A stretch of 64,000 bases of DNA from the NCBI RefSeq assembly GCF_001949145.1, contig NW_019091356.1:1488789-1552788 (forward strand). The letters are read 5' to 3'. Numbering within the stretch: position 1 is the stretch's first letter; each line of letters begins with the position of its first letter. This DNA is from Acanthaster planci (lineage: Eukaryota). The notes beneath the pieces are model-generated. The model ran no database searches. It was not told the DNA's origin and worked only from the letters and a program-made list of their open reading frames with translations. Below, one piece after another: positions 13,401 to 24,100 of this stretch. The translations under genes were made by a program, and so were the position numbers.

Positions 13401-16400
13401 AAGGCTTTAGGGGTCAGTAACCTGGAAAGCCTGGGCCCCCTTGGATGAGGTCTTGTATCCCACCACCTTGCTCCAGGCACAGTTCTAGAGCCAACTTTTT
13501 TGGGGGGGGGGTTAGACCTAGACCGTTTACTTTTGCTACGGCGAGAGCAATATTTTCCAGCGTTTTTTATTTTGTTTTTGATTTTTGCAATGGGAGGCTA
13601 AAGCCCCTTCCTGCAGAAACCGCGCCTGCCTTGCTCATATCTTTTTATATGCATACGTTTATAGAACGGGCTTTAGAGAAGAAGGCATCATTCAGCCTTC
13701 TTTAGAGGTCTTGGTGAGGCTGCTTGATTGCTTACACAAACCATTGATATTCATGTTCAGCCTCCCGTTTCAGTGGCATAATGGTTTGAGGCAAACATCC
13801 TTCCTTGTAAATGCACTGCTCTTAACCTGCCAGCTCTTGTCCATTCAATCGTGGGCAGGGTATCAAAGTCAAATTTGCCATTGAGAGTGTGTGCTTAACC
13901 TTGCCCAAAGAACTTGTCATGCCACGAGTTACTGTTCTTGGGTCGCATCACAGATGTCTTGCCCGACGAGACACTGCCCAGGCGTCTGAACGTGGTTTTA
14001 ACCAGGAAGTTCAGCCCAGAATGAAAGGAGTCATTAAATTTCCACCTCTAGATAAAGCCCGCTCTGCTCAGAAATTGGCCATCCTTCCATTTGTAGTTAT
14101 CGGCGACAACAAAGTGGGCAGCAACACGTCAGGTGTGCGTGTCTCACATTACGTTGCGGCTCCGCCAGGGGACCCAAAAACCGCACCTGACCTGGCGACC
14201 TCACGTCGTTTCCTCGTACCATGAAGAGGTGTTGGCCATGTTCGTTTGTCTGGTACTGACAGGACAGTTTATGAGCATGCTGAGTAATGACCGTGAGCAT
14301 GCTGAGTAATGACCATATTACTTAGCAAATTGAGCCATTTCTGGAGTTTTTTTTTAAGGAGCCTATTTTTGCAGTTTCAGTGAAGGGATGAAAATTGAAG
14401 CTTTTCTCAAATGTCTCCACATGTTGGCAGTTCATCTTATTTCCGAGTTCTCATGAGGGAAAAAAAATGTCTTGGGAAAAGAAAAGAAGAGAGTGGGAAG
14501 TGAGACTTATTTATTTATTGAAAAGTGCTCCCCCTTCTACTGGCCTCCTTCCAGATGCAGACTTTTTAACAAGGGCATGTTCAGTCTCTCTGGATTCTTG
14601 CCATCGTCCCCATTCGGAGAAGGTGTTAATCTTCAAAAACACCAGTGCTGTCACCCTGCACAATCGAGTCCTACTTTGGATCCATATTTTTACAAAAATA
14701 TGATGCCCATCCCTAGCATATACTGCCCAACATGCAGCGAAGAGGAATTCAGCAGCCAACCTGCGATCATCTGAAATAGATTCCCCACAACATTTGTGTC
14801 TGTTGATAAAGAAACCACTGGGGGGGAGGGGCTGAGTAAAGTATGAGTCCCAAGCCACCTGCCCTTTGGGGAGGGGGGAGCGGAATTAACTACCGTTTTT
14901 AACCCACTTCTGGCTAAATGTGTATTTCAGCATGAAAGCAAACTCCTTTTTTTATGTTAGACGGGGAAGGCCGGGGGGGGGCACAAGTTTCCTTGCACAA
15001 TATTCAGAGAACTGAGCCTGATTTGACCATGCTCTAATAACACCAGCTGATTCTAATGTCGTGGCTGCCGTTGAACCTCGGGGCGATGGCCATTGGGGGG
15101 CCTGTTTTTGATTCGCCAAGCCTGCTCTGTAGAAGGAGGATATCCTGCAACGGGGCAGTAAAGTGTCCCCGCAGCATGTTGTGTTGGCTTCCCCCGCGCC
15201 CCCAACTCCAATATGGGCTCCCCCGGCAGAGGGACGTCCTGTCAATGTTTATCTTTGCCGATGGTAGACGGTGCGGTATCCTATAATGGATGACTTCATG
15301 CCGGGCTCGTCGTGGCTTTACCGATGTAGGTCGGGCCGTGGATCGTAGTCGAGGGAAGGGGTCCGATTGCCTGGAGAACAGCTACTGCGGATGAGAGGCC
15401 AGCGCTGCGCGGTAAAAGACTTTTGGTTTACAACTGGTAACAAAGGAAGCTTGATGAGCAGACTGATCCACAGATTGTGTGGGAAATAAGACATCAAAAG
15501 TTCATTTAGCCTAGAGCGTATGCCTTTCCTTCGGCAACTCTGTAGAACTGTCCAGTTAATCAAGAAAACTACCAGATTCAGGATTCAGCCACAAGTGTTT
15601 AATTTATTCAGTATCCTATTTCTTATTGATAGGAGCCCATACAAATGAGCAATATACATGTAGAATAAACATTACTTTCATATCCAGAAAGTGACGTAAC
15701 TGCGATAAGTGCATTTCTCAGGTGTGAAATAAATCAACTCGGTGGGAAAGTCGTTGACTTCTGATATTTGGTCATGCCGAGGTCCAGATGGTGCAGGTCA
15801 TGCCCAAAAATCAGCGTTGCCCGAAACCAGCTTAAAGACTTCAATATGTTGGGCTTGTACGTGTGGAGACAGTCAGGCCCATCAATGGGTTAAAAGTGGG
15901 AACCCATTTGGGCTATCTGAGGGGCTCCATCAAGCCCGATTGACGCCAGAGAGTTGCTGGGGTACCAATTGAGGCTTCCTGTCCCGTTGACGGCACCCAG
16001 TGTCATCAGTGCTGTTGTCCTTCCAGTCGTCTCTGGTGTTGATTAGACAACCCTGTTAACGCCGTCAGCAGGGCGCGAATGTTCGCTCCCGCTGTGCCCA
16101 GGTTGTGTCTGGGCGCTGTCATGCGAAGCATTACGGAACAGGATCTGGCAAATTACGACTGGGAATGTCGCGTCGACAGTTGGCTGGAGGGCAAACGGTG
16201 GGGGTCAATAAACCTCGCAAACAACAACATGTTGCAAAAATCCGAAAGGGCAACCTTTTGCCACCCTGTCACCGAATTTCAGTCGAAAGTCTAGAAAGGG
16301 CACTCATATTTTAAAAAACCCAAAGTTTGTTCGACAGTGCCAAGAAACTGGCAAAATTTCAGACAGAGTTTTACCACTTGCTGTAATGCTTCACCTTGAG

Positions 16401-19358
16401 TTTCTGCTCATGATAGCTCATGGAAAAATGCCTACAAGAGTGATGCATGCTGATTTTGATTTTGTTGATTTTTGGAATAAAGATGCTTGAATGACATTCA
16501 TTGTTTAGTCCTTATCAAGGGCAGATCCATGCAGAACCATTTTTTGGAGGGGGGCTGGGAATAGCTTCGGGAGGCCCGAAAAATGTGAAATTTTTTCACA
16601 TGTCCTTTATGCCCTTTCTGAGGAGTGGGTGGGGCTTACATTTTGGGGCTTTTTAAACACTTTTGGAATGGAAGGAAATGAAATGAACCCCCCATAATTG
16701 CCTTTCTCTAATTTTGGTTTTTTAAAGAAAAAAAATTTGGGGTGGGTGGTTGAGGTCTTTGGCTTCCAATGCCCCCCCCCCCGGATTAAGTGCATGCATC
16801 TGTCAGCCTTGCAGCTCCATTAACTTAGCTTGCCGTCATGGAAGTTGATGGTCTTTTTTCGGTTTTGAAACTTCTTGTAACCTCAAAGGATCTTTTGGAG
16901 GCTGGACAGTCTGGTCACCATGGTTACCCTGCAGTGTCACCTGTGGTAGCGGCGGCACCCAGCAACGCCACCGGTCCTGTTTCCCTGGTAACTCACAGTG
17001 CGCAGGGGAGTCCTACCAGCATCGCAGCTGCTCCGGATACACCGAGTGCCCTGGTAAGAGTGTTGTTGCTAACTCTCATCGGTCACTCAGCCTCGCATGG
17101 ACAACTGATTTTAATGACATGGTTGTACACCAGCAGTTATTGAAAATGCAAGATGCTATTTGGAAAATTTGTACTTTTAACACAAATTACCAACTCTCTT
17201 ATACCTCAAATTAAGTTGTGGGGAGAGAATCAAGCAAGACTAAAAACTTCATTCATATCAGTCATCGTTAACGGACTTGTTTTCAAAACCTTGGTCATTA
17301 TATTTTTGTTTTTTGTTGACCTCTTTAATTTGCATCTTTCGCAGTGGACGGGGGTTGGAGCTGTTGGAGTGACTGGTCGGACTGCAGCGAGTCATGCGGG
17401 GAGGGGACTCGCACACGGGCGCGCACCTGCACCAACCCCGTTCCCGCCCACGGGGGCAGAGACTGCGAGGGGGCAGACAGAGTCACCGAGACGTGCTCAA
17501 TGGCCGAGTGCGCCGACTTTGACAGTAAGTAGTTTACTTGCAGCCGTACCCCTCCCCCAGTGTCATTGCCACGACCATTTGCATTGAGGAGTTGGCTCAA
17601 AACAAGCCAGTTGCCTAACAAGAGAAAAGCAAAGTCATTCAGGAACAAAGCACGCATGCGAGTTGGCACAGGGCCATGCTGATAGGGCAGACTTTGCTCG
17701 CACATCCTCGGGTGCTCTTCATTTAAGGTGTGGAGTACCGAACTGGCTCATTATGAAACTCACGAAGTGCTCAAAATCTCATGAAAATCGTGCTGATTCA
17801 CTCATGTATACTCACTTCTCAACTGGGAGCCATTTGAGTAAAGTAATTTAGCTGTACATATTATGGCTAAGGTTACTTTATGTTTGCTTTTGATAACTAC
17901 CCATGTGAATGTAAGTTCTAGTTTATCATCGGTTTTACTTCAACAGGGTAGCCTTATTTCAATTTCAATTTTAAATTAATTTCAAATAAGCAATCAATTA
18001 TAAAAAGTAAATGGATAAAAAATGAATAAATAATAATCAAGGTGCAGTCAAAATGCAAAAGAGCAGAGTAGAATTTTTCCAAATGAAAGAAGGCTCAAAC
18101 GTGGTGTGGCAGGTAATTGGAATGCTTATTGTCACATGCCTACGGAGCACAGGTGTGGCTGTTTTTATTTACTGTTCCCTGGCCACCTTGTTACGTGGGA
18201 AGCTGACCTGCCTTCAGGCCTCATGTTACTCGCAGGTTCATCAGGCGAGCAGAGCTCGGTGCCCAGTGCCAGCCGGCTCTACCACATGTCGGGCTGGAAG
18301 GAGTGGAGCCGATGGACGCGGTGCACCAAACCCGGCCAGGTCCACAAACACCGGAGCCGCCGCTGCCTGCTGGACAACCCCACGGATGGCCAGTGCATCG
18401 GCTGTGTCAAGGAACTCCAGCTCTGCGCTTCCGCCAACAAAGGTGAGGGAGAAAGGAGTGTAGGTCACGGTTTGAAGGTAGCGTTTGGAAATAAGACCCT
18501 AAGTGGAACTTGGATTGAAAACAAGGTATCCAGAATGTAGACTATTGATAGTTTTACATGAATCAGTTAATAAGCTAAAGATGTTTTTAAAATGGATTTT
18601 TAGGGTGTCTGAAAGACACCCAGATACCCCGCTGGCTAAAACCCTCGCAGTATCTCTGCAAACCCACTTCATCTTATAGGACCAAGATATTTGGAGTTGG
18701 TTTATGTACCTTTTCTTTCAGTGTGTTAGGTGTAAAACGTGCTCCAAATTGTGAAACAGTTAAGTTGGAGAGTTTTGTCCAAATAAATTCTTGGCATTGT
18801 AGGGTTAAGTAATAGGTTGGGATTAACTTGGTCGTCTGATCATGGATTACAAATGTCTAATATCAGGTATGTTTCCGGTTTGGTTCAGTTTTTATGATTG
18901 AGGTAGGCGATGATATTTAAAGATGAGAGAGGGTTATTTTTTATACCATCAGAAATGTTTTGGGTTGCATTTTCCCAAGTGTTCTTTTATGTAACTTGTA
19001 CATAAAATGATGTTCTTCTTCCACAGAACCATTGCTTAATGCTGCCCCAGAGGTTCAACGGTTACAGTCGCAGCCAGAGGTGGCCTGCTCACAACAGGCC
19101 ACTCAGCCAGCCGCCATCAGCACGGCCTTCGTGCTGGTCGTGGCACTGCTGTCGGCCCTGGTCAGCGCTGTGGCATCAGTGAGCATCCATCGCACCTGGC
19201 TGAGGTCCTGCCAAGCCAAGAAGAAGCGGCGTGACTCGGACAACCGGGACCAAGGCACGGATCGGTTCACGGACAATGAGGACGACTACGACTGCCAACA
19301 CCCCAGCACGTTCAGGCACTACAGAACAGAGATTCGAAGCAATCCCCTCCCCAGCTGA
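1322..19358 (+). CDS. SEMA5: Semaphorin-5-like transmembrane protein, 5'-partial (Sema C-terminus, PSI, 6 TSP1 repeats, TM, short tail)
   Basis: Phase-consistent GT-AG exons: 1322-1401, 3126-3173, 4374-4450, 6336-6410, 6592-6653, 7023-7181, 10929-11075, 11518-11706, (14097-14132 tentative), 16889-17053, 17345-17524, 18236-18442, 19027-19358. The translation has LYVG...VQRC, the PSI signature ECVDARDPYCGW, WIQEITSCP, WxxWxxC TSRs, the Sema5-type atypical repeat WTPW...RYRFMCKAP, and a hydrophobic TM. Sema+PSI+TSR+TM defines class 5. Earlier exons are presumably outside the window. Confidence 0.92.
2741..2937. repeat. Imperfect ~197-bp palindrome (MITE-like foldback)
   Basis: Perfect 22-bp inverted arms 2798-2819 / 2866-2887; pairing continues inward to a 16-nt loop and outward, with mismatches, to ctgtctc/gagacag. 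Confidence 0.8.
3126..3173 (+). CDS. SEMA5: SEMA5 exon (NTRCQPLKKIELHSEM)
   Basis: tttgcag acceptor and ATG|gtgagt donor; phase 0-0 fits both neighbours. Confidence 0.75.
4374..4450 (+). CDS. SEMA5: SEMA5 exon (GALYVGMSFGVVMVSVQRCHLYTTMK)
   Basis: LYVG...RC Sema/PSI junction motif; GAA|gtaagt donor. Confidence 0.85.
6336..6410 (+). CDS. SEMA5: SEMA5 exon, PSI domain (ECVDARDPYCGWNPQTNSCTTKPQ)
   Basis: Semaphorin PSI signature ARDPYCGW; canonical splice sites. Confidence 0.92.
6592..6653 (+). CDS. SEMA5: SEMA5 exon (NDVLALWIQEITSCPVIDSA)
   Basis: W-x-Q-x-I-T-x-C-P end of PSI; phase 2-1 fits. Confidence 0.85.
7023..7181 (+). CDS. SEMA5: SEMA5 exon, first TSP1 repeat
   Basis: VDGAYGAWSDWFPC...CLCRRRACDSPVPQCGGLPCQGESVQVTNCS. 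Confidence 0.92.
8611..9000 (-). mobile_element. Probable 3' end of a non-LTR retrotransposon
   Basis: (ATTGA)n tail at 8611-8644 on -, preceded by AATAAA (8656-8661) and a GGGCTGTTC/GAACAGCCC stem-loop (8777-8815). The inner boundary is approximate. Confidence 0.45.
10030..10287. mobile_element. MITE (non-autonomous DNA transposon) with ~56-bp TIRs
   Basis: GGGTCATTCCATGAAGTTCGGGCACAGTTTGTGATGGC...TTGTTACATC and its inverse at 10232-10287; TTTG flanks both ends. Confidence 0.85.
10929..11075 (+). CDS. SEMA5: SEMA5 exon, TSP1 repeat
   Basis: SWSEWSAWSVCSAKCNGGIQTRSRHCLGGNVCMGTPEETRECNKQLC; absent from the ORF track but open and flanked by ag/gt. Confidence 0.9.
11518..11706 (+). CDS. SEMA5: SEMA5 exon, atypical Sema5-type TSP1 repeat
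   Basis: ETRKTTRWTPWMVQNATQDSFLLKRYRFMCKAPVIDRSLLRIGRMKVEYQLC. Confidence 0.9.
14097..14132 (+). CDS. SEMA5: Candidate 36-nt linker microexon of SEMA5 (VIGDNKVGSNTS)
   Basis: ccttccatttgtag acceptor and CAG|gtgtgc donor; symmetric phase 1-1 with no stop; no homology support visible. Confidence 0.4.
16889..17053 (+). CDS. SEMA5: SEMA5 exon, TSP1 repeat
   Basis: SFGGWTVWSPWLPCSVTCGSGGTQQRHRSC...CP; CTG|gtaaga donor. Confidence 0.88.
17345..17524 (+). CDS. SEMA5: SEMA5 exon, TSP1 repeat
   Basis: VDGGWSCWSDWSDCSESCGEGTRTRARTCTNPVPAHGGRDCEG... Confidence 0.93.
18236..18442 (+). CDS. SEMA5: SEMA5 exon, last TSP1 repeat
   Basis: SGWKEWSRWTRC...HRSRRCLLDNPTDGQCIGCVKELQLC. Confidence 0.88.
19027..19358 (+). 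CDS. SEMA5: SEMA5 terminal exon, TM helix and cytoplasmic tail
   Basis: AFVLVVALLSALVSAVASVSI followed by basic KKKRR; TGA at 19356-19358. Confidence 0.88.
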
Positions 19359-19557
19359 ACGCTGCTGCCAAGATTGGCCAGCCAACTTCTTTGTGTACAG
19401 ACTCTAAGTACATGTAGATGACTTTATGTTTTTTTAACCAACACCGCATTGTGTACATAATTTTAATTATGAAAAGTGACGTGAAATAATTGCACAAAAT
19501 CTCCAGAGGGAATCCCAGCTTTTTTTTCGTACTTAGACAGCTTGGCATGCGGATATG

Positions 19558-19909
19558 CAGCCGATTTCACAAAACTTCATGCAATGGCGTAACTCCACTT
19601 ACGCCACATTTTATTGCGCAAGTTGAAAAACAAATTTTCTAGAAGGTAAGGAAAACCTTGTTTGGCTGTGAGAAAACACAAGATTTCTGGGCTGGTTCCA
19701 ATGAAGAAAAAACAAAAGCTTCCAAACAGCCGTTGTAAAAGCCGTTTTTGGTGCTCGTCCAAGAAATTTAACATTGCAAAAGCGTGGCGCAGCTACGCAA
19801 CTTTTCATGAAATGGAACGTAAATATATCGCGTGGCTGTGTTATAAATTTGTGGTGAAAGGCTTATGCCTGGTTCAAAGTTACGCCATGTTTCGTGAAAT
19901 CAGCGGCTG
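19558..19909. mobile_element. MITE-like element just downstream of the SEMA5 stop
   Basis: Imperfect TIRs CAGCCGATTTCACAAAAC...ATGGCGTAACT and AGTTACGCCAT..TTTCGTGAAATCAGCGGCTG. Confidence 0.6.
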
Positions 19910-20494
19910 AAGGTTTCTTTGAAGCTTTCTACACGTTTTGGATAGTTACCAAGTTTTCTGTTACCTGTAGAAGCTTATCTAGTTCCTTCAACAGATTACC
20001 TAGTGTTTCTTTTGCGACTGTGGGATAACAGTTGGCATTAGTTCTTAGCAGAATTTAGAAAGTCTCTACTTTTCCAAAGTAGTCTCCAAAAGCCCACCTT
20101 CTTTTAGTCGTCATATGTTTTCCAGTGATACTGTACCTTTCTGATTTACTTTTATTTCTTACGTGTTAGCTAAATGTACAATATGAATACACTTGTAGAA
20201 CAGTGGCATTTTTCAATCCTTGTAGTTTTTGATTTTAGCATTGCTGACTCGCTGTGTTGTTGCAGTGCTGGCGTGCTCACTATGGTCAGAATAGCCCTGC
20301 TAAACCAGAACCAAGCTGTGAAGACTTGGTTATAGTGCCTTAAAACGGTTTAGCCAACCAGCTCAAATAAGGGACAAATTTTTCATTTTGTTTTCTTTTT
20401 GTTTTGTCCTTGAGTTGAATAACATCTGATATCTTAAAGTGAAGTGCTCTTTGTGTAGGAGTGGTGCGTTACGTCCTTTGTATAGAGACACCTG

Positions 20495-20598
20495 ACCCTA
20501 ACACTCCTCAATCCTTCACCTGTTGGAGGACTGAGGACTGTTAGGGTTAACCCTAGCTGTCTTCAGTGCTTCACCTGGTGCAGGATTGAGGACTGTTA
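20495..20598. repeat. Nested palindrome (tandem dimer of ~50-bp hairpin units)
   Basis: 49-bp arms 20500-20548 and 20549-20597 centred on AGGGTT|AACCCT; each arm is itself self-complementary. Confidence 0.8.
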
Positions 20599-20966
20599 AT
20601 TTATCAAACGTAACATTTCTTTTGACATCTTGTGAACATTACCCACCGGTTGTATGTTATTGGTAGATAACTAATATATTAAACCAAAACAAATTAAAAT
20701 GTTGTGTATAGAAAAAAAAGGCGTATTCATGTTGATGAAGTCTTCAGTTCTTGTAATAATTTATATGCTGTGTATACATAGTGATAATGCTGTTGCCATC
20801 CTTATGGACACACAGCCACCCCTTCTGATGTATTTAAAAAATAAGAATAAATCAACAAATTTACACTGTATAAATATCTTATCCATTTCCAACTGTAAAG
20901 TCCGAGGCTGTTTTTGTTTGATGTGCATAGGGTCCTGTGGTTTTACTTACAAGTTAACTAGCCAAC

Positions 20967-21106
20967 CAGGTGCTGTTGTTTGGGGGGGAGTCGGCCCCCA
21001 AAGACTTTTGTCTAAAGCAGTATCGAAAGTTAACAGGTGACATCACGTGTGAAGGGTCTAGGCCCCCCTCCCCCCCCAAAAAAAATTGGGCTCTAGAACC
21101 GCGCCT
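20967..21106. mobile_element. Short CAGG...CCTG-ended non-autonomous element with G/C tracts; related end at 13474-13525
   Basis: The reverse complement of 21056-21106 (CAGGCGCGGTTCTAGAGCCCAATTTTTTTTGGGG...CCTAGACC) matches 13474-13523 (CAGGCACAGTTCTAGAGCCAACTTTTTTGGGG...CCTAGACC). Confidence 0.55.
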
Positions 21107-24100
21107 GTAATCGAGTCTTCTGTTTTGGCAGGAGGGTCAGAGGGCATAAAGAAATGTCCAAAAGACTTTGCCCAGTTCTAATCATTCTGGACTGCCAGCG
21201 TATCTGAAGAAAGCATCTGAAAGCATCAAGTGAAGGTTCCGAAGTTGTCTGGGAGGCAAGAAGTTCATCGTATTCATCTGGTTTGTGTTTACAAAACTCA
21301 AAAGGTTATGCAGAGTGTTGGGCTATTGTACAAATATATTTTTATGTGTAGAAGATATTTATTCTTTATATTGTATGTGTAAAAAAATTAAATTGTCATT
21401 AAATGCTGTATATATGGTCTTTGGTTTTTTTTTAGGATACGTATGTGTGTCTTTGTTCTGCGAAGTGACATTAAAATGTTGGCACCTGCTCTTTTCCTCG
21501 TCGTTGTTCAAATTCACCTCTCTGTGTCCTCTGCCGAATCCAAAGGCATATTGCATGCTTAGATGGTGAATGTGTTACCGCAGCAAAGTTTTGTACAATT
21601 GACACGGTATTAAGAGATTGTGCTTAATTGAGTATTTTTTTCATAGACGCAAACAAAGAAGGTAATTTCCAGCAAGACCTATTTAAATCACATTTATTGG
21701 CACCCAAATACTTAAGAAATATCATTGTGTAATTTGAATTCATTCGGAGTCTGTATTCCTATATCCTTGATGCTAAGCTCGATTAATTCAGCAGTCTCAT
21801 TGGCCTATCAATACAAAACACTGAGCACTTTATTTAAAAATGGGTGTGGGAATTCAATTTTCTAAGTGTTTCCAGCTTTTTTGTTGACCCTGAATTTAAC
21901 TAATATTAGAATATGCTTCCTTCAGTTGCCACTTCTCTTCCATCTCCCCCCCCCCCGAAAAAACCACAACATTGGGATATAGATTTATCTCCTTTTGTCG
22001 GGTAAAAATTTCCTGTATCTTGGGGGGCGGGAAACAAGGCTTGTGTCCATTTTACAAAATGTGCCTACTCAAAACGGTAATGTGTAGGTCACCTGGGGAG
22101 GTTTGGATCTATTGTGTTCAACAGGCGCTTTTTCTTTCTTGGTCAAGTTAGGCTTGTGTGACTCCCTGGATGAAGTTGCCTAAGAGCTCACGCCCACTCG
22201 GAGCAAATTCACAATTACTGCCAGATGTATTACACACTGCCAGAAACTGTCTGGCATGATCAATTCCTGACTTGATGTCTTATAGGAGATTATTAAAGTA
22301 AATTCCAATAGTACTTGTTTTCCCATTAGCCAAGCATTTCCATAGTCATAGTTAATATTTTACCCCTAATGAGACCATTTTATAACCAGCTCGCTGCCAA
22401 AGAGGGGAGTTCCCAGTAAAAGGACAGTAAAAGAAAACCCAGACTTCGAAATCACTCAATACCCAGCAATACTGTTACTGAAGATTAATCATCTTTTTCT
22501 GCCTAAGCAGAATTCTTTTTTTTGCTGAAAAAGAAATCACATCCAAGTGTGAGTTTCAATTACGGCATTTTTGAACGTATTCTTGATGATTGCAGCTCAT
22601 GCACATCTTGTTTCCCATATGTTTTATCAAAGTGATGGAAGGTGTGATGGGGGTAATGCCTTCATGTGCTGCGCAGTGTCAACTTCTTAGACTTAATGGG
22701 CTTTAAAAAAATTGGCTATTTAAGTTCTGTGTCATTATGATGCTCCAGGAGCTAAATTAGGGACTAAATTAGGGAATAAGGGGAAACAAAAATCACATTT
22801 TCTCCATATTGTGGACAGGGGAATTGCAGATGTTTTTATTGTACGTATACATACAAATATTGGGGTTAAAATCTATGTAACTCAGAAAAAAAATCAACTG
22901 TTAAAAGTTATTTAACATAGCTTTTAGGTGAAATAATATCGACCAAGTCAAATATGTCTGAAAAACATGGGTTCTTTTTCTAGTTAAGCTGGTAACAATA
23001 CATGCATATGTGAAAGCAATATCTCAAGCCAGTCATGAAAAGGAAAATGTGTGTTAATGCAGTGGACTGCTGAGGCAATTCATGTTATGGGATTTAAGCA
23101 AATCCACAAGTTGAAATGTTTTGACTGTGAGATTAAAAGTTACTGTAGTGATTTTTTTTAATTGTAAAATTATGCACACAAATCCAGAGTCTCATGCAGA
23201 CAAAAAAAAAACTGTAATAAAGTTTCAAATAACAATAAACAAATTTTATATCAAAGATAAATTTGAGATTTTCTTTGTTTTCATTCTGTGTTTTGTTTTA
23301 CATTTGTTCTTGGTTTTTGCCAGTTCTGTTAAAGATGTTGCACAGTTGTTTTTTCTGATATGAACTTAACCCCCAAGCATTGCCATTGTCATTGGCGTGT
23401 GTAAGCTCAAAGAATATTTTTGTTTTGGGAAAAACCTCACAAACAGTAAAGGTTCCTCTCTTTCTTTTTATGAATACTATAGACCTCAAACTTCGGCTCT
23501 CCTGTTCAAGAATAAAAGGTGACCATTCCTCGACGCTGATGATGCATGAAGATCACTTCTATTGTCAGAGGTCACACAGAAGCATCAGAAACACACCCAG
23601 AAACACTGCATGATGGGAAGTTGGCATTATATAAATGGTAAGTCCCTGCTACTTGGGGTACCCTGTAGGTAATTGTACTTTTACAATAATGGCCACCTGT
23701 CCCTGCAAACATAATCCCCTAAAATAAAATACATAACCACCATCCCAATATAAATGAATTAAAGAGAAACTATTTTAGAGTGACTAAAATTATAACCCCA
23801 GTTAAAACCATTTATCAACAACATTGCATGCCCAAAATAAAACACTTCTGAGGTCATTCGGGAACAGCAATTAAGGGTGTGTGGAGTCTACCCTATCAGC
23901 ATGTACATGTACTCACAACCGGGCTTTGTTTTTGGACAACCTTGACTTTTGAAATACCACAAACTGGTTCGCTGTCTCTATCACAAATCTATGTAAAAAT
24001 TGTCTCAGGATAACATTTTAATAAACAACACTCACTTTGCTAAATGGATGCGATTACAGCAAACAGGATAAATTTGTCCTGACTGATTATTTGAGAGTAA

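Noticed and set aside
14272..14314. 22-bp tandem duplication (also a 19-bp one at 26089-26126)
   Set aside because: Ordinary local slippage duplications.
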